In this document: piece after piece, positions 53,653 through 63,460 of the stretch
Numbering within the stretch: the first letter of the stretch is position 1
Layout: each line of letters begins with the position of its first letter
IMG/VR virus record: IMGVR_UViG_3300037245_003526
Location: 152,297-216,296 of that record
Source: a virus
Reading direction: 5' to 3' (one strand)
DNA length: 64,000 nt
Position numbers and translations under genes: made by a program
The notes under the pieces: model-generated
Told to the model about the DNA's origin: nothing
Seen by the model: only the letters and a program-made list of their open reading frames with translations
Databases searched by the model: none

Positions 53653-54285
53653 ATGTTAAAATTTAAATCATTAGATGATGTCATAAAAGAAAAGAAACTT
53701 AGAGAATTTGGGCATAATCCTTTATCACCAGGGAATCCTTTTCCATCTTATAAAGATGCTACAGATGTTAAAGATAATGATGTTCCAAATGTAATGGATA
53801 CTGATTATGTAACTCATGTATCTTTAGATAAAACACAAGTTCCTTTGGAGCAAGATGCTATACCACCTGGAAAAATCCAAACAACAGCACCTGCAATGCC
53901 TCCGGGTACAGCAGGTCCTCCAGGAGCTGGAATGGCACCTCCTGTAATAGATCCAGCAACGGGTATGCCACTACCTGAAGAAGAGGGACCTACGTCACCT
54001 CAAGAGGTAGGTCGTATTTTTGAATTAAAAAAGATTCATGCAAGATTAACTTCTATTGAAGCATACCTAGAATCTAGTACAGATCTTCCATTAATAAAAC
54101 TAAGAGTTAATGTTTCAAAATCATTAGAATTATTCTTTGTATTAATCTCTAATCTTAAACTTTTTAAAGATCGTTTAGATCCTTTAATAGTTCTGTTTTA
54201 TAAATTCTTAGATCAAGCATATTCAATATTAGCAAAATATTATAAAGATAAAGATTCAGGTAAAGATGTAAGGATTCCTGATTAA
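53653..54285 (+). CDS. hypothetical head-associated protein with Pro/Gly-rich linker
   Basis: ORF in the morphogenesis block. Confidence 0.35.
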   Translation: MLKFKSLDDVIKEKKLREFGHNPLSPGNPFPSYKDATDVKDNDVPNVMDTDYVTHVSLDKTQVPLEQDAIPPGKIQTTAPAMPPGTAGPPGAGMAPPVIDPATGMPLPEEEGPTSPQEVGRIFELKKIHARLTSIEAYLESSTDLPLIKLRVNVSKSLELFFVLISNLKLFKDRLDPLIVLFYKFLDQAYSILAKYYKDKDSGKDVRIPD

Positions 54286-54298
54286 TTAGGAGGAAATA

Positions 54299-54958
54299 AT
54301 GAGTTCATTTATTATGGAAAGTGTTGTATTCGGAGAATCTAAAATTGTACATTCAACTCCTGGAAAAGCAATATTCAGAAATGTTATTCAAACAGTTGAT
54401 GAGATAAATCAAAATAAAAGACTTTATCCTAGAACAGTATTAGAAAGTGGTATGGAAGGTACAGTTGATAGAATGAAAAGAAGAGCTTTAATGTCTGAAC
54501 TTGATCATCCGTTTCCTCAAGGTAATCAACCGTTCGATCAAGTACGTCAAACAACAGTTTCTCTTAAAGAAGTTTCTCATATAATCAGAAATTTTGAGTT
54601 TAGAGGTAATCATTTAATTGGTGAAATGGAAACTACGTCTACTCCAAATGGTGGTATACTTCTTGGTCTGTTAAAAGATAAAGTTGGTTTAGGTTTCTCT
54701 ATGAGAGGAATGGCAGAACTAAATCGCCTTCCAAATCATAATGAAGTAAAAGCTCCATTGACAGTTATAGCTTTCGATGCAGTTTCATCCCCTTCTCATA
54801 AATCCGCTGTAGTTGATTTTAATGAGATGAAATTTGAATCTCATATGTTAACAGAAGACTGTGGCACAATATGTGTAGGTGGTCATTGCTTCTTACCTGA
54901 TTACTTTGATAAATTAGTAGAAAGTAAAATTATCACATTCTTTGATAAGTGGGTATAA
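54299..54958 (+). CDS. putative prohead protease / head maturation protein
   Basis: lies between the portal and scaffold genes; ~220 aa; call is by gene order only. Confidence 0.3.
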   Translation: MSSFIMESVVFGESKIVHSTPGKAIFRNVIQTVDEINQNKRLYPRTVLESGMEGTVDRMKRRALMSELDHPFPQGNQPFDQVRQTTVSLKEVSHIIRNFEFRGNHLIGEMETTSTPNGGILLGLLKDKVGLGFSMRGMAELNRLPNHNEVKAPLTVIAFDAVSSPSHKSAVVDFNEMKFESHMLTEDCGTICVGGHCFLPDYFDKLVESKIITFFDKWV

Positions 54959-54975
54959 AAAAGAAAGGAATATAA

Positions 54976-55281
54976 ATGAATATCATACATGGCGAATCTG
55001 GAAGTAAATTAAACAAACTAAAAAAACAAAAAAACCTTATCTCTTTAATAGTAGATAAGGTTTTTATAATTTGTAGAGAAGATGAAAATTTCTCAACTGA
55101 AAACGCTACCAAAATAGAAAATAAATTACACGTATTAAATGAGAAATTAGAAAAACAAAAATCCCTTTTAAACCAATCTAAAACAATTGAAGAAGATCTT
55201 ACTGAAAAAATAACGAAATTAGATAACGAAAGTTTTTCCTTAAAAGTGAATGTACTAGAAAAATTGGGGAGCGAATTATGA
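54976..55281 (+). CDS. coiled-coil scaffold-like protein
   Basis: K/E-rich helical sequence. Confidence 0.35.
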   Translation: MNIIHGESGSKLNKLKKQKNLISLIVDKVFIICREDENFSTENATKIENKLHVLNEKLEKQKSLLNQSKTIEEDLTEKITKLDNESFSLKVNVLEKLGSEL

Positions 55282-55685
55282 TAATTACTGAAACTGATAT
55301 ACCTGATGAAATCTTAGAAAATATAGATCAATCCAAAATAGACCTAGCTGATAAAATCATAAATAATGTTCAACCTCTACTTGATGAAGTATTTAATGAA
55401 AAAGTTGCATCAGCAAGAGTTCTTGTAAAAGAATATTCAGAAAAAAAGAAACTTGTATCTGAAAAGAAAATAGCACTAGAAGAAATGTTTAAAAGCTATA
55501 AGAGAAAACAAAAAGTAAAAAAACTTTTAGAAAGAGTTGAAAAACTAGTATCATCTGGATTGATTGAAGGTCAATCAAAACATGATATGGTTGTCTTACT
55601 TAAAGTTATAGATGACCTCCCAAATGATAAACTAAATTATCATTTAAAAAATACAATGAATATAATAACAAAGAGGTTCAATTAA
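55278..55685 (+). CDS. coiled-coil scaffold-like protein
   Basis: K/E-rich helical sequence. Confidence 0.35.
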   Translation: MIITETDIPDEILENIDQSKIDLADKIINNVQPLLDEVFNEKVASARVLVKEYSEKKKLVSEKKIALEEMFKSYKRKQKVKKLLERVEKLVSSGLIEGQSKHDMVVLLKVIDDLPNDKLNYHLKNTMNIITKRFN

Positions 55686-56282
55686 ATGAGAGTCAAATGT
55701 CTAGTTGAAGAATATACTGAAGTTGAAAAAAGAGCATATAAAAGATCTTCAGAAGATAATACTTCAAAAATATCCGACATTAGAGCAAAAAATGAAGACC
55801 TTAAAAAATCACTAGCAAATAATAAAGAAAAATTGAAAACTGCAAAAGATGATGTACAAAAAATAACCCTTCAAAGAAATATTCATAGAGATCAAACAAG
55901 ATTAAATGCTAATACTAAACAACTTAGTAATTTTCAAATAGATAAAGCAAATATCTTAAGCAAAAATAAATTAGATAGAGCACAAGATATAGAAAAACAA
56001 CAAATAAAAAAAGCTGAAGAAGAAAAAGCAGGACCTCCTGCTGCTGGTGGTGTTGTTGGCCAAGCTGCCACTCAAGCAGCAACCGGAGCTTTAACTGGCG
56101 GTGATTGGAAAACAGCAGGTACTATTGGTCTTGGAGCACTAGCTGTATATGGAGCATGGAAATCATATAAATATTGGAAGCAAAAAAGAGCAGAAGCTAA
56201 AACTGAAAAAGATAGAAAACAAGCAGAAGAAAAAATGGCAAAAGAAAGAGAAAAAATTAGAAAAGAAAGAGAAAAGAAATAA
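55686..56282 (+). CDS. coiled-coil scaffold-like protein with a Gly/Ala-rich hydrophobic segment
   Basis: K/E-rich plus AGPPAAGGVVGQAATQAATGALTGG. Confidence 0.35.
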   Translation: MRVKCLVEEYTEVEKRAYKRSSEDNTSKISDIRAKNEDLKKSLANNKEKLKTAKDDVQKITLQRNIHRDQTRLNANTKQLSNFQIDKANILSKNKLDRAQDIEKQQIKKAEEEKAGPPAAGGVVGQAATQAATGALTGGDWKTAGTIGLGALAVYGAWKSYKYWKQKRAEAKTEKDRKQAEEKMAKEREKIRKEREKK

Positions 56283-56358
56283 GTCTGTTTCCTAACCCCA
56301 CAAGTTACAAACTTACCCACCCTCAATTCAAAGTTTAAATCCAAGGTCATACTTTCCT

Positions 56359-56377
56359 AAGAACATATTTTAAATTC
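56359..56377 (+). promoter_or_regulatory. promoter-like motif AAGAACATATTTTAAATTC upstream of the major capsid gene
   Basis: GAACATAT-family motif. Confidence 0.35.
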
Positions 56378-56417
56378 AAAGTGGAATTTATTTTAATCCT
56401 AGTAGGAGGAATATGTT

Positions 56418-57875
56418 ATGAAAGAAATTTTAACCGAAGTCTATCGCGCAACTAAAAAAATTAGTGGTGTAGATCCTTCAAAACCTGGCAATATGAAACA
56501 AGTACTAGTTGACGATGTTGCTTTTAATACATACGTAACTGCTCTAGCAGAATCAATTGAAAGTAAAGCAGATCGTGAAGTATTTATTCAACTGGCAGAA
56601 AACACAAGAGTTAATTTACTTGAAAATTCAATGTTCCAAATTAATCCTTATGAAACTCTGACTCTTCCAATTCTTAGAGTCTTTTATCCAAAACTTGTTG
56701 CTAAAGAGCTTATCACATTAAGTCCTATGGACAAACCTGAAACAATCAAAGCTTTTATTACAGCATCATTTCAACCATCTAATAGTTCTACAGATTATGC
56801 AGCACCTGTAACATCTACAGATATTTCTGGTGGTCCAATTGTTGGAACTCCTGTTTCAGCATCAATGCCTGTTCCAAGTAATGACTATGATGTTCTTGGT
56901 GTAGTTTCACCTACTGTAACAAGTGCTGAAGCTCATCTTGAAAGAGATTTTGAGATCACAGCTGTTAGTAGCGATGGTACTAGTTATACAAACGTTTCAA
57001 TAGTACCTGCAGTTGAAGGTCACTTCTCATCAAGCGTTACTGTTGGCGGTTCTGCAGATGTAATTTCTGGTAAAGTTGATTACTTAAACGGTACTGTAAA
57101 TATTGCTAGTACAACTGCAATTGTAACACATGCACGTTATAGAGTAACCTTCTCACTAGAAGAAAACCAAATCAATCCTTCAGTTCAATTAAGCGTTGAT
57201 AAGGTTCGTTTATACGCAAGAGATAGACAAATCTCTGCAAACTGGACTATTAATATGGAACAAGATATGCGCGCTCTGTTTGATCTTTCAATGCAAGCAG
57301 AAATCGTTAATATTCTTGGCCAGCAAATAGCTCTAGATATCGATAGAGAAATCGTTAATGCTCTTATCACTGGTAATACTAGATTGAATACAGCATCTCA
57401 TACAGATACTTTCAATAGAACAGCACCTACTGGATATACCTGGGGTGATAAATATTGGCATGAAAATATTATACCTGTACTAAATAAACTTTCAGCTCAA
57501 GTTTATACAGATACTAATATGGAATCTGCTAATGTAATCGCAGCTAATCCTCTTGATGTTGCTATACTTGAAGATCTACAAGGTTTTAATTATACTGGTA
57601 GTTCATCTGTAGATGGTGACATGGGTTATAGATCAGCTTCTGTAGCTGGTGGAAAATGGAAAGTACTTACTAGTTCTGTTATTCCTCAAGGTACCATGGT
57701 TCTTGTTTATAAACCGGTAGAAGATTTAAAGGCAGTTTACATTTATGCCCCATATGTGCCGGCAGTTTTACACCCTTACCCACTTGGAGCAACACCTTCA
57801 CTGACTATCCTGTCTCGTTACGCGACAGCTCTTATCAGAAGTAATGGTATTGCTACTTGTACTATTGGTGCATAA
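56418..57875 (+). CDS. putative major capsid protein
   Basis: 485 aa, follows the scaffold genes, strong RBS GGAGGAATATGTTATG, terminators immediately downstream. Confidence 0.5.
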   Translation: MKEILTEVYRATKKISGVDPSKPGNMKQVLVDDVAFNTYVTALAESIESKADREVFIQLAENTRVNLLENSMFQINPYETLTLPILRVFYPKLVAKELITLSPMDKPETIKAFITASFQPSNSSTDYAAPVTSTDISGGPIVGTPVSASMPVPSNDYDVLGVVSPTVTSAEAHLERDFEITAVSSDGTSYTNVSIVPAVEGHFSSSVTVGGSADVISGKVDYLNGTVNIASTTAIVTHARYRVTFSLEENQINPSVQLSVDKVRLYARDRQISANWTINMEQDMRALFDLSMQAEIVNILGQQIALDIDREIVNALITGNTRLNTASHTDTFNRTAPTGYTWGDKYWHENIIPVLNKLSAQVYTDTNMESANVIAANPLDVAILEDLQGFNYTGSSSVDGDMGYRSASVAGGKWKVLTSSVIPQGTMVLVYKPVEDLKAVYIYAPYVPAVLHPYPLGATPSLTILSRYATALIRSNGIATCTIGA

Positions 57876-57897
57876 TAAGTAGTTAGATAATTAAAAT

Positions 57898-57925
57898 AGT
57901 CCCTCAGAAATGGGGGACTATTTTT
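57898..57925 (+). terminator. rho-independent terminator (AGTCCC...GGGACT plus T-run)
   Basis: hairpin followed by ATTTTTCC. Confidence 0.5.
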
Positions 57926-57939
57926 CCGTGACAAAAAAA

Positions 57940-57981
57940 TGGGAGACGAAACCTTTACTAATTATTCGTCTCCCATTTTTT
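57940..57981. terminator. bidirectional terminator (11-bp stem TGGGAGACGAA/TTCGTCTCCCA flanked by an A-run and a T-run)
   Basis: seen directly. Confidence 0.55.
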
Positions 57982-58023
57982 ACGCCTTAGGACTTTACTG
58001 GACCATATGAATCCACCTAATAT

Positions 58024-58296
58024 TTAATGGGCGTCAGGGATATCATCTCCAGGTCTCGGATGTTTATGTAAACTTCCAGTTTTGGGACCCTCATGCCAAC
58101 CGGTATCCTCTCCCTTACTATTTTTTCTGGTTCTACCTTGGCGAAAAATACACGATGTTCTGTCCATTTGTGGAGCAGCCGACAACTTATTGATTGTCAC
58201 CTGAGTAACTATAGTTAATAATATAGTTCCTATCTTTTTTAGTGCTCCGGTTTTAACTCCTTGTTCGCATGCTATACCAGCAAGTCTTGCTAACAT
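58024..58296 (-). CDS. hypothetical secreted or membrane protein
   Basis: internal Met with RBS AAAAAGGAGGTAATAATTATG; hydrophobic N-terminus. Confidence 0.35.
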   Translation of the reverse strand: MLARLAGIACEQGVKTGALKKIGTILLTIVTQVTINKLSAAPQMDRTSCIFRQGRTRKNSKGEDTGWHEGPKTGSLHKHPRPGDDIPDAH

Positions 58297-58348
58297 AATT
58301 ATTACCTCCTTTTTTCTTAAGTTAATAAATAAAATAAACAACTTTATA

Positions 58349-58370
58349 CTCAACTAATAATATATATAGT
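58349..58370 (-). promoter_or_regulatory. 22-bp motif CTCAACTAATAATATATATAGT (minus-strand sense ACTATATATATTATTAGTTGAG), upstream of a minus-strand gene
   Basis: exact 22-bp repeat with the 59169-59190 copy; both are followed by ...ATAATGGA. Confidence 0.4.
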
Positions 58371-58389
58371 CATTTATTTTATAATGGAT

Positions 58390-58755
58390 TTAGAACTCAA
58401 TAAAAGGTTCAATATCTTTTGGTCCAGGATCATCTGGGTCATCATTACCATATACAATGATACCATCTTTATTATCCTCCAAAAGATCACAACCAATTTT
58501 TCCCCTGAAAGTTTTATCTAGAGCGATACTCCTAAATGCTATAGCTACTGGAGTATCAGGAATAGACCCGAATTCAAAAATACCATCTAGATAGATTTGT
58601 TTTGCATCATCAAATGCTTCATGTTGTTTAAGTTCTTTTAGTTTTTCCTTGAATTTACTTTCTGCCTCATTGACATTTTCAGATTTTACTGTTAATGAAA
58701 ATGTCGTGTGTCTTTCAGGATCATCATCGTGATAAAATAATGCTAAATAAATCAT
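58390..58755 (-). CDS. hypothetical protein
   Basis: ORF with RBS. Confidence 0.4.
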   Translation of the reverse strand: MIYLALFYHDDDPERHTTFSLTVKSENVNEAESKFKEKLKELKQHEAFDDAKQIYLDGIFEFGSIPDTPVAIAFRSIALDKTFRGKIGCDLLEDNKDGIIVYGNDDPDDPGPKDIEPFIEF

Positions 58756-58779
58756 TTTTCCTCCTTCGTTTTAAGAATT

Positions 58780-59160
58780 TTATAAATACATTTCTATCCT
58801 ACTTCTAACACGAGCCATATGAACGGGATACTCTTCAAGTGGACTATCATGGCCAACAGAATCACAAGGTTTACAGGATACAAATGAAACAGAACTAGGA
58901 AGTCTTTTTTTTAGTAATGGTTCAAAATAGACTTCATGTTTATTATGTAAAACATAATATCTTTTACAGTATCTGCACTTATGAATTTTTAAGTATGAAT
59001 AACTATCCATCTCACAATCAATCTTTACATTGCAAATAAATCTTCCATTTCTATAACGTCCTGTTTTCGTAGAATGGAGAATTAACAGGAAACCATGTTT
59101 TAAATCTTTTTCATAACTGCTTATCATAAATCCTCCTTTCTTTATTAAATTTTTATACAA
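58780..59160 (-). CDS. Cys/His-rich hypothetical protein
   Basis: ORF. Confidence 0.35.
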   Translation of the reverse strand: MYKNLIKKGGFMISSYEKDLKHGFLLILHSTKTGRYRNGRFICNVKIDCEMDSYSYLKIHKCRYCKRYYVLHNKHEVYFEPLLKKRLPSSVSFVSCKPCDSVGHDSPLEEYPVHMARVRSRIEMYL

Positions 59161-59168
59161 ACCTTCTT

Positions 59169-59190
59169 CTCAACTAATAATATATATAGT
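59169..59190 (-). promoter_or_regulatory. second copy of the 22-bp motif CTCAACTAATAATATATATAGT
   Basis: exact repeat of 58349-58370. Confidence 0.4.
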
Positions 59191-59262
59191 ATAAAAAAAT
59201 ATAATGGATCCAAAAAAACATGGGGGTTTGGATAAGTTCCAACACCGCCCATGCTTTTCTTG

Positions 59263-59673
59263 TCACGCAGCTAACAACTCTTTTTCAACTTCTTTGGCAA
59301 ACCAACCCCAACTTACTTTTCGTTCTTCATCTAAACACTTGAGTGCCAGACATATTGCAATTACCAATTTTAAATCTTTTTTAATAAGCCAATTTTTTGT
59401 AGCAATTTTTTCATCTTTCAATGGTTTTCCTTTATCATTATAAAACCTAAAACATTTAAACTTCCATGGATTTGGGTCTAGTTCACAAAACAAAAAATCC
59501 ATCATTGAGCGATAAAGGTTCATAGACTTTCTTTTACTAACAAATTTTAGAGCTTTCTGACAATCGGTTTGCTCCAACATGACTTCTGCGTATGGAAACA
59601 CAGTACTGGTAACACCTCCAGTTGGAGCCATTATACACTCCATTCTACATTCCATTCTACACATTAAAGACAT
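59263..59673 (-). CDS. hypothetical protein
   Basis: ORF. Confidence 0.35.
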   Translation of the reverse strand: MSLMCRMECRMECIMAPTGGVTSTVFPYAEVMLEQTDCQKALKFVSKRKSMNLYRSMMDFLFCELDPNPWKFKCFRFYNDKGKPLKDEKIATKNWLIKKDLKLVIAICLALKCLDEERKVSWGWFAKEVEKELLAA

Positions 59674-59692
59674 ATCTTAAAACTCCTCCTTT

Positions 59693-60145
59693 TTATTTAC
59701 CCGTAAAACCTAATGGGACAGCACTCAAGTTATGTTTATAAGAACCATCCCTTCCAGTCGTTGAGTATACTACATATACCAATGTTTTTTTGGGTGCATC
59801 ATAATATCTTGCAACCTTAATAGTCTTCCATCCGATTGATTTCTTTAAATTTATTAAATCGAATTTTGTTTCTTTATTTATAAGTTCTGGTATAAAGGCA
59901 CCAGTTAATCTTGTTGCAATCGAACTGTTACTAGGATCAGATGCCGCACCAAACATCTTTCCTGATTTAATCTCTGTAATATAAATTGAAATAAAAGGCA
60001 TATCAGGATCCGAAAATCTGTTGGTCTTGATCCTATCATTACCATCCATCATCCTTTTCTTTACTGTTATATTAAAAAGTTCTTCTCCAAATACAGGTGA
60101 TACCAACAGACCAATAATCATAATTGCTGCGAACATTTTTCTCAT
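59693..60145 (-). CDS. secreted hypothetical protein
   Basis: signal peptide MRKMFAAIMIIGLLVSPVFG. Confidence 0.4.
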   Translation of the reverse strand: MRKMFAAIMIIGLLVSPVFGEELFNITVKKRMMDGNDRIKTNRFSDPDMPFISIYITEIKSGKMFGAASDPSNSSIATRLTGAFIPELINKETKFDLINLKKSIGWKTIKVARYYDAPKKTLVYVVYSTTGRDGSYKHNLSAVPLGFTGK

Positions 60146-60147
60146 TT

Positions 60148-60732
60148 TTAACTCTCCTTTTTTTCTACAGTTAATTCTACTTTATTAAGTATATCTTTTA
60201 AATCATCCGGACGTTTAGGAATAAACCTTTTGAATATCCATGGATCTTCCTCACGAATCCATACCTTTCTTATTTCTTTATTCCTTGAAATAATCTCATT
60301 ATATACTGTATTATTTAATCCTTCTATTTTACCAACAAGTTTGATTATAACGTCTGATGATTTTAACTCAGGATATTTAGTTAAAAAAACATCAACTGTG
60401 TCTGGTTTCATTGCATTGAAAATAGATTTCTCTATGTCAATATAATGAGTTATATTTTCTTTGAATATTTCTAATAACTTTTTCCTCTTATTTCTTTTTA
60501 TCTGTTCATTTCTTAATGACTCTCTTATAAGTTGAAAAGATATTATTTGGTAAGAGATTTCACTAAGAGTTGCAATTATAGCAACCATAATAAATATGAT
60601 TGATATAATACCTAAAATAACAGCTATTACTATTAAAAATCCACAATCACACGACGAGTGAAAAATATTATTAAGTATAAGAAATATTCCAGTTAAAGAT
60701 CCAAATATTATTGACATGAAAATAAAAAACAT
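60148..60732 (-). CDS. membrane protein (2 N-terminal TM helices)
   Basis: hydrophobic N-terminus, charged C-terminal domain. Confidence 0.4.
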   Translation of the reverse strand: MFFIFMSIIFGSLTGIFLILNNIFHSSCDCGFLIVIAVILGIISIIFIMVAIIATLSEISYQIISFQLIRESLRNEQIKRNKRKKLLEIFKENITHYIDIEKSIFNAMKPDTVDVFLTKYPELKSSDVIIKLVGKIEGLNNTVYNEIISRNKEIRKVWIREEDPWIFKRFIPKRPDDLKDILNKVELTVEKKES

Positions 60733-60791
60733 ATTTCCTCCTACGGATATAGTGGGATCTTATATCACTTCTAATATAAGATCCCACTTAG

Positions 60792-61160
60792 TTATTTATA
60801 ACTTTTTAGTCCTTTTATATTATCAATTGCATCTTGCATCTCTTTAGTTCTTGAAACTGGAACACCATAACCTCTAATATCTGTTAACCATGGTGCTTGA
60901 TTCTTTTCGTTTACCTCTGATTGAGTACACATATTTATTTTTTCCTCATATTCTCTCCATGAAGGTGGATATATGGTAACATCAAAATTATTGTATCCAA
61001 ATGAAGCTAAATATTTATCCACTATTTCCTTATATTTAGGTCTCACCTTCCATTTTTGTTTTAGAAACCTAACGCTAATACTGGTGTAAGCTACAGGAGG
61101 CTTCCCAGATTTTTTACTCAACAACATATCAGTATATAAATTCATTAACCCTCCCTTCAT
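60792..61160 (-). CDS. hypothetical protein
   Basis: ORF overlapping the rnh stop. Confidence 0.4.
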   Translation of the reverse strand: MKGGLMNLYTDMLLSKKSGKPPVAYTSISVRFLKQKWKVRPKYKEIVDKYLASFGYNNFDVTIYPPSWREYEEKINMCTQSEVNEKNQAPWLTDIRGYGVPVSRTKEMQDAIDNIKGLKSYK

Positions 61161-61549
61161 TTTCCATCTGCTAATCTATTAGCAATTGCATTTTTTTCAC
61201 GTGGTTCCCATACTAATTTCCAATTTGGAATATTATTTAACATTCTTTTTACTTGAGATAACAAACTCTTAAGATGTTCTGCCTTGCATTTCCATTGTCC
61301 ATTAACATGATTTATTATCAGTTTAGAATCTCCTTTTATAATAATTTTTTCAATTCCAAGTTTCCATATTCGCTGTGTTAATAATAATAAAGCTTTATAT
61401 TCAGCTTCATTATTAGTACCATCTTCAATTGATTTTGAGTAACGGGTTATTTCATTTTTTTCTGTTTCATCAGAAAATATTACATAACCTATATGAGATG
61501 GACCAGGATTACCTTTTGAACTACCATCAAATCTACCGACTGCAACCAT
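61157..61549 (-). CDS. rnh: ribonuclease H (RNase HI-like)
   Basis: DGSSKGNPGP...NNEAEYKAL...GDSKL...ANRLAD matches the RNase H catalytic residues (D-E-D-D). Confidence 0.65.
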   Translation of the reverse strand: MVAVGRFDGSSKGNPGPSHIGYVIFSDETEKNEITRYSKSIEDGTNNEAEYKALLLLTQRIWKLGIEKIIIKGDSKLIINHVNGQWKCKAEHLKSLLSQVKRMLNNIPNWKLVWEPREKNAIANRLADGK

Positions 61550-61576
61550 TGTAATCTCCTTCTTATAAAAGCACTA

Positions 61577-62065
61577 CTATCTATTTATCGGATCATCAAT
61601 AGGTTCATAAGGATATTTTATCCATACATTACCATCTATATCATGTAAATAATAATCAGGTTCAAATACTTTTGCACTTGTTTTATGTACATTTCTTATA
61701 GTTTCTGGTTTTCTATGAAGAACAGCAGTAGTACACTTTGGGTATTGTCTTTCAAACCAATCTAACGTCTCACCCGTTTCTATTACATCATCAACAACAA
61801 GTAGAAAATGATCAATAATATCAGCATCATCAAGATTAGTTCTTAATTCTATCTTCATATTGTATGCAATATATTGTGCTATTGACATTCCACCTTTAGG
61901 AATTCCATAAACATATTTAATTTTTGGAATCTTTGGTTTTAAATATTCAGTAAATTTCCATAATAATTCATAATAACTATTAGGGGGAATAGTCAATATA
62001 GGTTTACCATCTTCATTTTCTTTTATATATTTATGATAATATTTTGGTGTAACTTTTAAATTCAT
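61577..62065 (-). CDS. type I phosphoribosyltransferase (purine/pyrimidine PRTase-like)
   Basis: LLVVDDVIETGETL is a PRPP-binding motif. Confidence 0.5.
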   Translation of the reverse strand: MNLKVTPKYYHKYIKENEDGKPILTIPPNSYYELLWKFTEYLKPKIPKIKYVYGIPKGGMSIAQYIAYNMKIELRTNLDDADIIDHFLLVVDDVIETGETLDWFERQYPKCTTAVLHRKPETIRNVHKTSAKVFEPDYYLHDIDGNVWIKYPYEPIDDPINR

Positions 62066-62147
62066 ATAATTCTCCTCTCATCAATTCTAAATCTCATCCA
62101 ATTATGAATACTACAATATTTGCAGTGAAAATCATATCTAGCAATTT

Positions 62148-62432
62148 TTACCCTCCTTTCAATTTTGGATCTATATTAAGTTTAATTTCTAATCCTTCTA
62201 ACTTTGGTTGAATAATTTCCTTCAAAACAATTTTTATTAATGATTCTATATTAAGATTCCTTAGATGTTTAGAACTACCTAAAGATTCTTCTATGATATT
62301 TTTAATACACATATAAAAAATATCATTAGGTTCAAATTTAGTTTCATACGAAAATCTTCTTTGTAATATCTTTTCAAGTTCTTCACGTATTATACTCCTA
62401 ACCTCATCCTCTCCCAACTTTTTATTACCCAT
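62148..62432 (-). CDS. hypothetical protein
   Basis: ORF; the minus-strand GGAACATAT motif (plus coordinates 62446-62460) lies upstream. Confidence 0.4.
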   Translation of the reverse strand: MGNKKLGEDEVRSIIREELEKILQRRFSYETKFEPNDIFYMCIKNIIEESLGSSKHLRNLNIESLIKIVLKEIIQPKLEGLEIKLNIDPKLKGG

Positions 62433-62496
62433 ATTTTTTTACTCCTCTCTATACAAATATGTTCCTGAATAAAAACTCTATTTCCGATTATTATTC

Positions 62497-62514
62497 AGAA
62501 CATATTAAAAACCT
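62497..62514 (+). promoter_or_regulatory. promoter-like motif CAGAACATATTAAAAACC
   Basis: GAACATAT-family motif in a divergent intergenic region. Confidence 0.3.
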
Positions 62515-62539
62515 ATTGACGTGAAAAGGAGTATTTAAA

Positions 62540-63184
62540 ATGGGAGAAGACGTTATATATAAATATCCATTACAAAATGGTGGAAAAGTTATTTGTCAAG
62601 AATGTGGAAAATCATTTGGGAGAATTGTTCCATCTCATCTAGCGATTCATGGTATGACATATTCTGAGTATTTTTTTAAATATCCAGATAGTCCAAAAAA
62701 TCCAGAAGCATATGTAAGTGCAACTTCTAAATTTAATGACAGTGTATTATTTAAAGATACTCAAGGTAACGCTAGAGACAGAGGTGACGAACCACAAGAT
62801 TTTGACATGAGTAAAGTTAAGAAAATAGAAGAAGAAGTTATTGAGAAAAGTGTAATAAACTTTAAAGGTGTTAATAAACATAAAGTTGAAATCTTAAGAT
62901 TTCTCCATAAACAATTTAATAATTTAGAAAATAATTATGTGATATCTAAGAAAGATATTCAGGATAGGATAGTTTATGAATATATTACTGATATGGCAGA
63001 TCCAGTTTCTAAAATAATTTTTGATTTCCCTAATACGTTCTGGCATAATATTGATAGTTATATAGATCCAAATAAAAATTATAAATTAGAAAAAGACAAT
63101 TGGGAAATAATTACTTTTAATAAAAGACCTATTTCTATTAATGATATAAAGAAACATTTTGATGGATCTATCTCAGATATCTAA
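62540..63184 (+). CDS. hypothetical protein with N-terminal zinc-finger-like motif
   Basis: CQECGKSFGRIVPSHLAIH; RBS AAAGGAGT. Confidence 0.4.
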   Translation: MGEDVIYKYPLQNGGKVICQECGKSFGRIVPSHLAIHGMTYSEYFFKYPDSPKNPEAYVSATSKFNDSVLFKDTQGNARDRGDEPQDFDMSKVKKIEEEVIEKSVINFKGVNKHKVEILRFLHKQFNNLENNYVISKKDIQDRIVYEYITDMADPVSKIIFDFPNTFWHNIDSYIDPNKNYKLEKDNWEIITFNKRPISINDIKKHFDGSISDI

Positions 63185-63460
63185 CTGTTATATATATAAG
63201 TTTAGAACATAATTATACATCCAAGATAGTTATATTTAGAATTATTTTACAAATTATGTTACTGGGTGCTGCTATAATGTGGCACCCAAATTTTTCCCCG
63301 AACTAAAAGATGTGTTATTAACTCATATATTAATATATATAGTTTCTTAAAACTTTACTATGTCCTCAGAATAAACTCTAAAGTATAAAACTTGGTACAA
63401 TATATACTTATGTCAAGAACAAAATAAAAATATACAACATGTAGTATAGGAGAGTAAATA

